64,000 bases of DNA. It comes from an uncultured Eubacteriales bacterium. GTDB taxonomy: Bacteria; Bacillota; Clostridia; Oscillospirales; CAG-272. Position numbers and translations under genes: made by a program. Below are positions 1 through 11,800 of the stretch, one piece after another. The DNA lies in the NCBI GenBank assembly GCA_900545935.1, contig URAP01000007.1, forward strand, positions 4,463-68,462. The letters are read 5' to 3'. The notes beneath the pieces were generated by a model, which saw nothing but the letters and a program-made list of their open reading frames with translations, searched no databases and had not been told where the DNA came from. Each line of letters starts with the position of its first letter. The stretch's first letter is position 1.

Positions 1-500
1 TCTCAGAGCGTGCCGCAGGTAAAGCATATGCATTTGTAGCGCTTGCCGCTTCGCTTGATATTCCGGTCGTGACTCTCGTCGATACGGCGGGCTTTGACAC
101 CACCTCGTATACCGAGATCGAGCGTGCATCTACAAGAATGGCGCGTCTTGCAACGACCTACGCAGAGTCGAATAACACACATGTTACCGTTATCACCGGC
201 AGAGCCTACGGTACGGCATCCGTGCTGCTCGGCTCCCGTGCTATCGGTTCGGATATCTGCCTCGCTCTTGAGGGTGCGGATATCAGCATTATCACTCCCG
301 AGACAGCGGTTCAGTTTATGTACGGCGACGAGATAGACTCAGCCGCAGACCCGCGTGAGGCTCGCAGCGCGCGCATCGCCGAGTGGAAGGAAATGCATGG
401 CGGCACGGGCGAGGCTGCTATGGAGGGCGAGATAGATGATATTATCGCTCCCGCAGAGCTTCGTGCACGCATAGCGGCGGCTGTCAAGGAATTCAGATGA
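1..500 (+). CDS. acyl-CoA carboxyltransferase (PccB/MmdA/12S type), C-terminal fragment; the gene begins upstream of the window
   Basis: Frame 3 is open from base 3. The translation (...SLDIPVVTLVDTAGF...ITGRAYGTASVLLG...GEIDDIIAPAELRARI) resembles the C-terminal half of carboxyl-transferase domain proteins. OadG/BCCP/OadB genes follow directly. Confidence 0.8.
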   Translation, partial: SERAAGKAYAFVALAASLDIPVVTLVDTAGFDTTSYTEIERASTRMARLATTYAESNNTHVTVITGRAYGTASVLLGSRAIGSDICLALEGADISIITPETAVQFMYGDEIDSAADPREARSARIAEWKEMHGGTGEAAMEGEIDDIIAPAELRARIAAAVKEFR

Positions 501-516
501 TCGGAGGACACAGATA

Positions 517-897
517 ATGGTCACAGAGGTCACAACAGCGGCTGCCGACAGCCTGACGAACACCGCCCCCATGGGCGAGCGAATGGCTCTCGGACTGCAA
601 ACAACACTCCTCGGTCTCGGTACGGTCTTTGCCGTGCTCGTGATACTGATGGTCGTGCTATTGCTCTTCCGTCTGTTCTTCTATACGATACCGAACAGAA
701 AGCAGCACGCAGCGGTCGATGCATCGCCCGCACCCGAGGCTGCACCTGCGGCATCTGATGTCGGCTCCGACGATAACGGCGCACTTGCCGCGGCAATTAC
801 CGCAGCGGTAGCGGCGTATCTTGATGCCGAAGCAGCAGAGCAGGGCAATGCCTCCGCTCCCGCATTCCGCGTTGTTAATTTCCGCCGCGCGAGATAG
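517..897 (+). CDS. OadG/MmdD-like small membrane subunit of a Na+-translocating decarboxylase
   Basis: 126 aa with one N-terminal TM helix (LLGLGTVFAVLVILMVVLLLF), an Ala/Pro-rich linker and a basic C-terminus (AFRVVNFRRAR). GGAGGA RBS. Sits between the carboxyltransferase and BCCP genes. Confidence 0.65.
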   Translation: MVTEVTTAAADSLTNTAPMGERMALGLQTTLLGLGTVFAVLVILMVVLLLFRLFFYTIPNRKQHAAVDASPAPEAAPAASDVGSDDNGALAAAITAAVAAYLDAEAAEQGNASAPAFRVVNFRRAR

Positions 898-1031
898 AGT
901 TTTATGCCGCATGTGCGGCACAGACGCAGAGCAAGACAGATCCGAACGCTTCATACATCAGCGCATATACGGTGACGGCAGGAGCGAACGGTATATTAAA
1001 AATATTTATTCCGTGAAAGGAAGAGACTGAT

Positions 1032-1394
1032 ATGAGAACATTCAATATTAAGGTTAACGGCGTATCCTACGCAGTAGAGGTTGAAGAGGTCGGCTCGACC
1101 GCAGCTCCCGCAGCCGCAGCAGCACCGACCGCAGCACCCGCACCCGCGGCAGCTCCCGCTCCTGCACCCGCAGCAGGCGCAGGTGATCCCATCAAGGCTC
1201 CTATGCAGGGCACTATCGTTAAGGTCAATGTCGGTGTAGGCGACGCGGTAAAGAAGGGCGATGTGGTCTGCCTGCTCGAGGCAATGAAGATGGAGAACGA
1301 GATATTCGCACCCCGCGACGGCAAGGTTACGGGCGTTCTCTGCAAGCAGGGCGACGCTGTCAAGATCGACGACGTACTCATTACTATTCAGTAA
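1032..1394 (+). CDS. biotin carboxyl carrier protein (biotinyl/lipoyl domain, 1.3S/MmdC-like)
   Basis: Ala/Pro linker followed by a biotinyl domain with the EAMKMENEI biotinylation motif. Confidence 0.9.
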   Translation: MRTFNIKVNGVSYAVEVEEVGSTAAPAAAAAPTAAPAPAAAPAPAPAAGAGDPIKAPMQGTIVKVNVGVGDAVKKGDVVCLLEAMKMENEIFAPRDGKVTGVLCKQGDAVKIDDVLITIQ

Positions 1395-1425
1395 CTGCGG
1401 TCTCGTGAAAGAACGGTAATCTGCC

Positions 1426-2607
1426 ATGCTTGAAACGATACAGAATTTTTTAAATACCACCGGCATCAGTCAGATGATGATCGGTGACACGCCCGCATGG
1501 AAGTATATCGCCATGTGGGTGATAATCGGCGTGCTCTTCTATCTCGCCGTTGTCAAGAAGTTCGAGCCTCTGCTGCTGCTGCCGATAGCATTCGGCATGC
1601 TGCTTGCAAACCTGCCGGGTGCCAACCTGTTCCATTCCGAATTCTTTTTCGGAGATACGGTCGACTTCGGAGCGGTGCTGCATAACGGAGGATTGCTCGA
1701 TCTGATATATCTCGGAGTCAAGCTCGGAATCTACCCGTCGATAATCTTTATGGGTGTCGGCGCAATGACCGATTTTGCTCCCCTTATCGCAGACCCTAAG
1801 TCGCTGCTGCTCGGCGCTGCCGCTCAGTTCGGCGTTTTCGCGGCATTCACCGGCGCGCTCGCACTCGGCTTCTCGCCCGAGGCTGCCTCCGCTATCGGCA
1901 TAATCGGCGGTGCGGACGGTCCTACCGCGATCCTCGTTACAAAGATTCTTGCGCCTACCCTTCTCGGAGCTATCGCCATCGCGGCATATTCCTACATGGC
2001 GCTTATCCCCGTCATTCAGCCTCCGCTGATGAAGGCGCTTACGACTAAGCGCGAGCGCACCATTCACATGGAGCGTCCGAGAACGGTCAAGAAGATCGAG
2101 ATCGTTCTCTTCCCGATAGTCGTTACTCTTGTTGTCAGCCTTATTGTTCCGTCGGCTACACCTCTTGTCGGCTTCCTCATGCTCGGCAATCTCTTTAATG
2201 TCAGTGGCGTTACTGAGCGTCTGTCAAAGACGGTCCAGAACGAGCTTATCAACATCACGACCGTCCTTCTCGGAGTATCGGTCGGCGGTACTGCGAATGC
2301 GAATAACTTCCTCTCCATGCAGACCATCAAGATCCTCGTTCTCGGCGTTGCCGCATTTGCGCTCTCGACGGTCGGCGGTCTGCTGCTCGGAAAGCTCATG
2401 TGCTTCCTGACTCACGGCAAGGTCAACCCGCTTATCGGTTCGGCAGGCGTTTCAGCTGTTCCTATGGCGGCGCGCGTTTCTCAGACGGTAGGACAGAAGG
2501 AGGATCCCTCTAACTTCCTGCTCATGAATGCGATGGGACCGAATGTAGCCGGAGTTATCGGATCGGCGGTCGCAGCCGGTGTGCTGCTCGCCACCTTCGG
2601 AAAGTAA
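1426..2607 (+). CDS. Na+-transporting decarboxylase beta subunit (OadB/MmdB/GcdB family)
   Basis: 393 aa polytopic membrane protein with OadB-like motifs ([42 protein letters not shown]). Confidence 0.9.
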   Translation: MLETIQNFLNTTGISQMMIGDTPAWKYIAMWVIIGVLFYLAVVKKFEPLLLLPIAFGMLLANLPGANLFHSEFFFGDTVDFGAVLHNGGLLDLIYLGVKLGIYPSIIFMGVGAMTDFAPLIADPKSLLLGAAAQFGVFAAFTGALALGFSPEAASAIGIIGGADGPTAILVTKILAPTLLGAIAIAAYSYMALIPVIQPPLMKALTTKRERTIHMERPRTVKKIEIVLFPIVVTLVVSLIVPSATPLVGFLMLGNLFNVSGVTERLSKTVQNELINITTVLLGVSVGGTANANNFLSMQTIKILVLGVAAFALSTVGGLLLGKLMCFLTHGKVNPLIGSAGVSAVPMAARVSQTVGQKEDPSNFLLMNAMGPNVAGVIGSAVAAGVLLATFGK

Positions 2608-2634
2608 GCGATTTTTCAGAAAGGAATCAATCTC

Positions 2635-4038
2635 ATGGCACAGAACAAAAAGATCAAGATCTGCGAGACCGGTCTGCGCGATGCGCATCAGTCTCTTATT
2701 GCTACAAGAATGACCACCGAGGATATGCTTCCCGTGCTCGGCGCTATGGACAAGGTCGGCTACCATTCTCTCGAGGCATGGGGCGGTGCAACCTTCGATG
2801 CATGCCTGCGCTTTCTCGGCGAGGACCCGTGGAAGAGACTCCGCGTTATCCGTGATGCGGTTAAGAATACCAAGCTCCAGATGCTTTTCCGCGGTCAGAA
2901 CATCCTCGGCTACCGTCATTACGCCGACGATGTTGTCGCATATTTCGTACAGAAGTCGGTTGCTAACGGCATCGACATTATCCGTATCTTTGATGCGCTG
3001 AACGACCCCCGCAACCTCAAGACCGCTATCGACGCTACAAAGCGCGAGGGCGGACATGTTCAGGTCGCTATCTCGTATACCACAAGCCCCGTTCACACCT
3101 GCGAGGCATTTGCAGAATACGCGGCGACTATTGCCGACATGGGCGCAGACTCCATCTGCATAAAGGATATGGCGGGTCTGCTTACCCCCTTTGCCGCAGA
3201 GGAACTGGTCAAGGCTATCAAGGCGAAGGTAGACCTGCCTCTCGAGCTGCACACGCACTACACGACGGGGCTTGCTTCGATGACGCTGCTCAAGGCAATC
3301 GAGGCGGGCGTTGATATCATTGATACCGCTATTTCCCCGCTTGCGCTCGGAACGAGCCAGCCTCCCACAGAGTCGATGGTTGCTGCACTCGCCGACTCGC
3401 CCTACGATACCGGACTTTCGCTTGAGGCTCTTGAGCCGGTTCGCGCTCACTTTGCAAAGCTGCGCGAGAAGTACATCGAGCTGGGTCTGCTCGACCCGAC
3501 CGTTCTCAAGGTCGATGTAAATGCACTGCGATATCAGGTGCCCGGCGGAATGCTCTCAAACCTCGTTTCACAGCTTAAGAACGCAGGAAAGAGCGAGCTG
3601 CTCCCCGAGGTGCTCAGCGAGGTTCCGCGCGTCCGTGCAGATGCCGGATATCCCCCGCTTGTTACCCCGTCGTCTCAGATCGTCGGCACCCAGGCGGTGT
3701 TCAATGTTCTCAGCGGTGAGCGCTATAAGATGGTATCCAAGGAGTTCACCGGTCTCGTTGCGGGCGAGTACGGCAGAACACCCGCACCCATTGATCCCGA
3801 TTTCAAGAAGAAGATACTCGGCGACCGTCCCGAGATAACCTGCCGCCCCGCGGATCTGCTTCAGCCCGAGCTCGATAAGCTCCGTGAGGAGGTCGCACCC
3901 TACGCAGAGCAGGAGGAGGATGTCCTTTCCTATGCGCTGTTCGGTCAGGTCGCACTCGATTTCTTCAAGCGCAGACAGTCTAAGAAATATCACGTAGACG
4001 AGAACGCAGACAAGAAGACCGGTGTTCACACCGTCTGA
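2635..4038 (+). CDS. oxaloacetate decarboxylase alpha / transcarboxylase 5S-type carboxyltransferase, without its own biotinyl domain
   Basis: The N-terminus (KIKICETGLRDAHQSLIATRMTTEDM), HTHYTTGLA and the C-terminal conserved region match the HMGL-like pyruvate carboxyltransferase fold. At 467 aa there is no C-terminal biotin domain. Confidence 0.85.
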   Translation: MAQNKKIKICETGLRDAHQSLIATRMTTEDMLPVLGAMDKVGYHSLEAWGGATFDACLRFLGEDPWKRLRVIRDAVKNTKLQMLFRGQNILGYRHYADDVVAYFVQKSVANGIDIIRIFDALNDPRNLKTAIDATKREGGHVQVAISYTTSPVHTCEAFAEYAATIADMGADSICIKDMAGLLTPFAAEELVKAIKAKVDLPLELHTHYTTGLASMTLLKAIEAGVDIIDTAISPLALGTSQPPTESMVAALADSPYDTGLSLEALEPVRAHFAKLREKYIELGLLDPTVLKVDVNALRYQVPGGMLSNLVSQLKNAGKSELLPEVLSEVPRVRADAGYPPLVTPSSQIVGTQAVFNVLSGERYKMVSKEFTGLVAGEYGRTPAPIDPDFKKKILGDRPEITCRPADLLQPELDKLREEVAPYAEQEEDVLSYALFGQVALDFFKRRQSKKYHVDENADKKTGVHTV

Positions 4039-4105
4039 TCGCAACATAACACAGCGCTTCAGAATCGGTCAATTAAATATTATCTCCGCTCGGCAGAGCA
4101 GAAGA

Positions 4106-4138
4106 AGCAGTACGGCTTGTCACCGTGCTGCTTTTTTT
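4106..4138 (+). terminator. intrinsic terminator after the decarboxylase operon
   Basis: AGCAGTACGG-cttgtca-CCGTGCTGCT hairpin (one mismatch) followed by T7. Confidence 0.7.
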
Positions 4139-4239
4139 AATAGAATAAATCAAAATAAGGTCGAAAGGGATCCGCTTTCGCGCCCGGCTACACGGTGCGC
4201 CGTTATACACGGAAACGCAGAGCGGGTAAAGGCAGAGTC

Positions 4240-5079
4240 ATGAATGAGAGAATTATTACCGATTCGCATATCCGAAGCTTTGAGCAGCAGCTGATGCTCG
4301 AGGAAAAGAGCGCATGCACCGTGCGAAAATATCTGCACGATGTGCGTATGTTTGCCGACTTCTGCGCGGGCGCACCCGTGATGCAGGATGTGCTGATAGC
4401 ATACAAGGAGCAGCTGTGCGAAAAATATTCCGTTCGCAGTATTAACTCCATGCTTGCATCGCTCGGCAGTCTGTTTTCGCATCTCGGCTGGCACGAGCTG
4501 CATGTAAAGGGCATCCGAGTTCAGCGGCAGCTGTACTGCGCAGAGGAATCGGAGCTGACGCGGGAGGAGTATTATCGGCTGTGTCGTGCTGCGGAGCGCA
4601 GGAGCGCAAGACTCGGACTGATACTGCAGACAATCGGAAGCACGGGAATGCGCGTCAGTGAGCTGCGTTTCGTCACCGTAGAAGCGGCTCGGTGCGGGGA
4701 GGCTGTTGTACGCTGCAAGGGCAAGGCGCGGGTTATTTTTCTGGTTCCGGAATTGAGAAATCGGCTGCTTGATTATGCAGAACAGCATGGGATAGAGCGC
4801 AGTATGATATTTGTTACGCGGGGCGGGCTTCCCGTTGATAGGACAAACATCTGGCGGGATATGAAAACGGTCTGTGCCGACGCGGGCATAAGCCCGGATA
4901 AGGTGTTCCCGCACAATCTCAGACATCTGTTTGCGCGGGTGTTCTATGAAATGGATAAGGATATCGCGCAGCTCGCCGATGTGCTCGGTCACAGCAGCAT
5001 CAACACCACACGGCTGTACATCGTTTCTTCGGGCGCGGAGCACAGACGGAGAATGGAGGATATGGGACTGATAAAATAG
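4240..5079 (+). CDS. tyrosine site-specific recombinase (XerC/XerD/phage-integrase family)
   Basis: Catalytic motifs are present: GMRVSELR (Arg), HNLRHLFA (H-x-x-R), LGHSSINTTRLY (His...Tyr). The ORF is open from GTG 4195; ATG 4240 (MNERIITD...) is the more typical start. Confidence 0.85.
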   Translation: MNERIITDSHIRSFEQQLMLEEKSACTVRKYLHDVRMFADFCAGAPVMQDVLIAYKEQLCEKYSVRSINSMLASLGSLFSHLGWHELHVKGIRVQRQLYCAEESELTREEYYRLCRAAERRSARLGLILQTIGSTGMRVSELRFVTVEAARCGEAVVRCKGKARVIFLVPELRNRLLDYAEQHGIERSMIFVTRGGLPVDRTNIWRDMKTVCADAGISPDKVFPHNLRHLFARVFYEMDKDIAQLADVLGHSSINTTRLYIVSSGAEHRRRMEDMGLIK

Positions 5080-5159
5080 CCGTCGGGTGTGCGGCACCGA
5101 GTATCCTGCGCGGTTTATATCTCTGTATCGGTCTTATATGAGAAAGCGCCCGCTTGCCC

Positions 5160-5189
5160 GTAAATAAAAAAGGCTCTGCGTGTGCAGAG
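5160..5189 (-). terminator. minus-strand intrinsic terminator between the inverton and the recombinase gene
   Basis: On the minus strand: CTCTGC-acac-GCAGAG, then CC-TTTTTT-ATTT. The stem is short (6 bp). On the plus strand no T-tract follows the hairpin. Confidence 0.45.
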
Positions 5190-5243
5190 TGCGTCTGAGG
5201 ACGGTGCATATATTTCCTTATGAGCGCCGCGATAGGTGATAAT

Positions 5244-5270
5244 ACAACATAATATTGATTATGATGTTGT
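5244..5270. repeat. left recombination site / inverted repeat of the inverton
   Basis: ACAACATAATATTGATTATGATGTTGT. Palindromic arms surround an asymmetric centre (TATTGA). The first 20 nt are identical to the reverse complement of 5490-5509. Confidence 0.75.
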
Positions 5271-5312
5271 TTGAATTTGATGATATCGCCTAATGCTCGA
5301 TATTCACCCCTA

Positions 5313-5341
5313 AGTATACCAAATTAATCCTAAAATGTAAA
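5313..5341 (-). promoter_or_regulatory. sigma-A type promoter inside the inverton, currently pointing away from the 5534 operon
   Basis: Minus strand: TTTACA (5341-5336), 17 nt spacer, TGg-TATACT (-10 at 5318-5313; extended -10). Confidence 0.65.
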
Positions 5342-5484
5342 GGGCTTTTTCCGAAAAAGTTCAGATTTCTTTCATAAATATAGCTTTTTCGCGCCTATCT
5401 GCCGTGCTTCGCGAAACACAGGAGAATATCGACACCATTTTTGCGGCGCTCGTCTGATAATTTTGCTGCCCCACTGCTCCGTTT

Positions 5485-5510
5485 AACAACATAATCAATA
5501 TTATGTTGTT
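5485..5510. repeat. right recombination site / inverted repeat of the inverton
   Basis: AACAACATAATCAATATTATGTTGTT. Same arms as the left site, with the centre reverse-complemented (TCAATA). Ends 23 nt before the start codon at 5534. Confidence 0.75.
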
Positions 5511-5533
5511 ATTAAATCGAAGCGGAGGTAAAC

Positions 5534-8857
<3,324 letters not shown>

Positions 8858-8873
8858 ATTAGGGAGGGTATTT

Positions 8874-11800
8874 ATGGGCACCAAAAAACAGTTGTCAACA
8901 AGAATTGCTTCGTTTCTTTTAACAATGCTTATGGTGATCACGGCGGCACCCGTGACCGTGATCAGTGCAGAATCATCCGGCACGGCAGACGCTCAGCTAA
9001 TTATGGATGGCGTATTCGCTATGCCGGGCGAAACGGTAGAGATGAATATTACTCTGAAAAATGCGCCCACGGTTAAGAGTATGTCGATCTCAAACATCAC
9101 ATTTGATACCGACAAAATGACATTGACTGATGTTGAGTGGATATGTGATGCGGAAATTAAAAACTGGAATCAATCACAGGGGCGCGGCGTATTGGCGTTC
9201 AGTGAAAATACCGATGCTAACGGCACGGTCGTTAAACTGACGTTTGAAATCAATAAGATAGTTGATGACGCAGACGTAAATGTTATGTGTGCGATGTCAC
9301 TTAAACGAATGGATGATGCGGATAATGAAATACCCGTTCCCGTCAGTATTATTTCGGGCAGCGTCACGATTCGTAATGCGATCCGCGGAGACATGGACGC
9401 AAATGACAAGCTGAACAGCAATGATGCGGTTTATTTGCTGTATTATGTTATGTTCGGCAAGGATGACTATCCGATTCGCCAGAACGGTGATATGGACGGA
9501 AACGGCAAGGTAAACAGCAACGATGCTGTTTATCTGCTGTATCATGTCATGTTCGGAGAAGAAGATTATCCGCTTTACGAGCCGTGCGCGCATGCTCTGC
9601 AGCATGTCGCCGCAAAGGCTATGACATGTACGGTTGACGGTAATATTGAGTATTGGAGCTGCACAAAGTGCGGAAAGTGTTTCTCGGATGATGCCGCAGA
9701 AAATGAAGTTTCGCACGAAAGCACGATCCTGAAAGCGGCGCATAATGAAATTGTTAAAGAAGCTGTTCCGGCAACATCTACATCCGAGGGTTATACCGAG
9801 GGCATTTGGTGCGATAGATGCAATACATGGCTCAGCGGACATGAGAGAATAGAGCCCATCAAGCCGAATACAAGGTCTATTACATACAACATTGTAAACG
9901 AGGCGAAGCATCCGTATCTGAAAACACTGCAGATAGATGTGAGTGCGCTTGACTTTTCTTATGTACCGGGAGAGACCAAGGTGCTTAAAAATCTCGATCT
10001 CGGAAAATACGGATATACCTTTGATGGTTGGTACGACGGCTTCGGAGACGGAGCAGCACAGATAAAGGAAATACCCGCATCGGCGACCGAAAACATAGAA
10101 TTGTACGCGCACGTAACCGAGATGGTGTACGATATTACGTATAATCTTTATCAGACGCCGGTTACTTCTGCTCCGAGCAGTGCACAGCAGCACTATACCG
10201 TCAGCAAGGGTAATTCAAATCTGTACAACCCGGAGATAAATAATTACAAATTTCTCGGTTGGTATGATAATGACGGCACGGAGTACAAAACAATTCCGAT
10301 AGGCACTACCGGAAATATCACGCTTAATGCTTATTATACAAGTCTGCGTAACCTTGCCGTAAGCAAGAATGACAGCAATCCGATCATCCTTGAGGATCAG
10401 AATACGAATGTTGTTTACTTCACGTATGAGATCGGTGAAATTCGTAATATACCTCTTAATGCCGACAAGCCTTTTTGGGAGATCCAAAGTGTAGCCGGCT
10501 TGTCGCAGCAGGTTTCCGAAACCTATACAACGAGTATTACAAATTCGGAAGCGGAGAATGTCTCTAAGACTATTTCCGATATGACATCGAATTCCTCCAC
10601 CTGGACATTGTCCGAGAACTGGAATGACGTTACCACGGTAAACGAGACTTGGGCAAAGTCTATCGGAAAGACAACGGAGGAGTGCAAAACAGAGGCGACG
10701 ACGTCGTCGGGAACATTGAGTGTTTCTGCACAAAACGGCGGTTCGACCTATCATAAGACAGAGGACGGATCGACTGTATACGATTATGATACAAAGACCG
10801 TGACCAATGATAAGGGGCATCAGTTTGATGCAAGCTTAAGCGGCAATTATACTAATAAAACCGAGGTAAGCCTCGGCGCATCGTCGGAATACGGCGCAAC
10901 CGATTCTTATGGATATACAAGTAAGTCCAAGGACAATGAATATAATCATTCCGCATCGGGCTCCGACAAGGACGCAGTATCTTCCGGTATAAGACACGAA
11001 AACGGATTTGAATTCAATGGAGGACTTAAGTACGGATACCATAATAACACAAATACGGTTACTAAGACGGGAACCGATAAGGTTACGGTAAATTCCGAAA
11101 TTGATGAAAATACGAGCAGTTGGAATTATGCCGGTGCTTTCACCTCGACACAGCAGCACAGCACAAGTCAGACTGTGAGAAATGCATTGTCCGACATCGT
11201 TACAACTACTAAGGGATACGGCAACAGCTATTCTAAGGGTGGAAGTGATACCAAGACTCAAGGCTTCAGCTCTACCGCAAGTAACACGACGGGTACTTCG
11301 TCGTCTGTTACATACAGCAAGCTCGAGAGTAAAACTACGACCTCGACCTACAGCGTAGACGGTAGAATCGAAGGAAAATACAGAAGTATATTGGTAGGAA
11401 AGGCTCACGTGTTTGCCGTTGTCGGTTACGACTATGCTGCAAAATCATACTTTACATATACATTCAGTGTGATGGATGATAATGTGAAAGAATTTCTGGA
11501 TTATACACCTAAGGGCGGCTCTTTCGATGATTGTGAGTATAGCTGCCTGCCATTTGAAATTCCGTATGATGTTTTTGAATATGTCAGCGGAAGAACCTCA
11601 AAAACTACCGGCGTTCAGTATATAACCGATTCGCTTAACGGTACGGCTAAGGTTACCGGATATGTAGGAGAATCTACGGATGTTATTATTCCTTCCTATG
11701 TCTCCGACGGTAAGCAGGCATATAAGGTGACCGAAATATCCGGCAAGGCATTTGCCGGAAAGTCCGTTCGTTCCGTGTCTTTAGGTGAGTTTATTACGGA

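Larger units (their letters stand above)
5244..5510. mobile_element. invertible promoter element (inverton), about 267 bp
   Basis: Inverted recombination sites flank a segment that carries a single strong promoter. A tyrosine recombinase gene lies immediately upstream and a surface-protein operon immediately downstream. Confidence 0.7.

Noticed and set aside
2452-3450. Long antisense or out-of-frame ORFs inside well-supported genes. Examples: 2452-3450(-), 4150-5097(-), 5810-6466(-), 13625-14581(-), 15930-16829(-), 18189-19151(-), 19351-20517(-), 21852-22499(+), 25683-26474(+), 26628-27596(+), 28635-29693(+), 30430-31626(-), 37136-38071(+), 39343-40110(+), 42187-43179(-), 47085-48593(-).
   Set aside because: They overlap ORFs with clear family motifs on the other strand or frame. 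Their translations are Arg/Ser/Cys/His-rich with no recognisable motifs and no RBS. This is typical shadow-ORF behaviour in GC-rich coding DNA.
4195-4239. GTG 4195 as the recombinase start
   Set aside because: It would add a 15-aa Arg/Lys-rich extension not typical of the family. ATG 4240 gives the usual N-terminal core-binding domain start. This is not decisive without experimental data.
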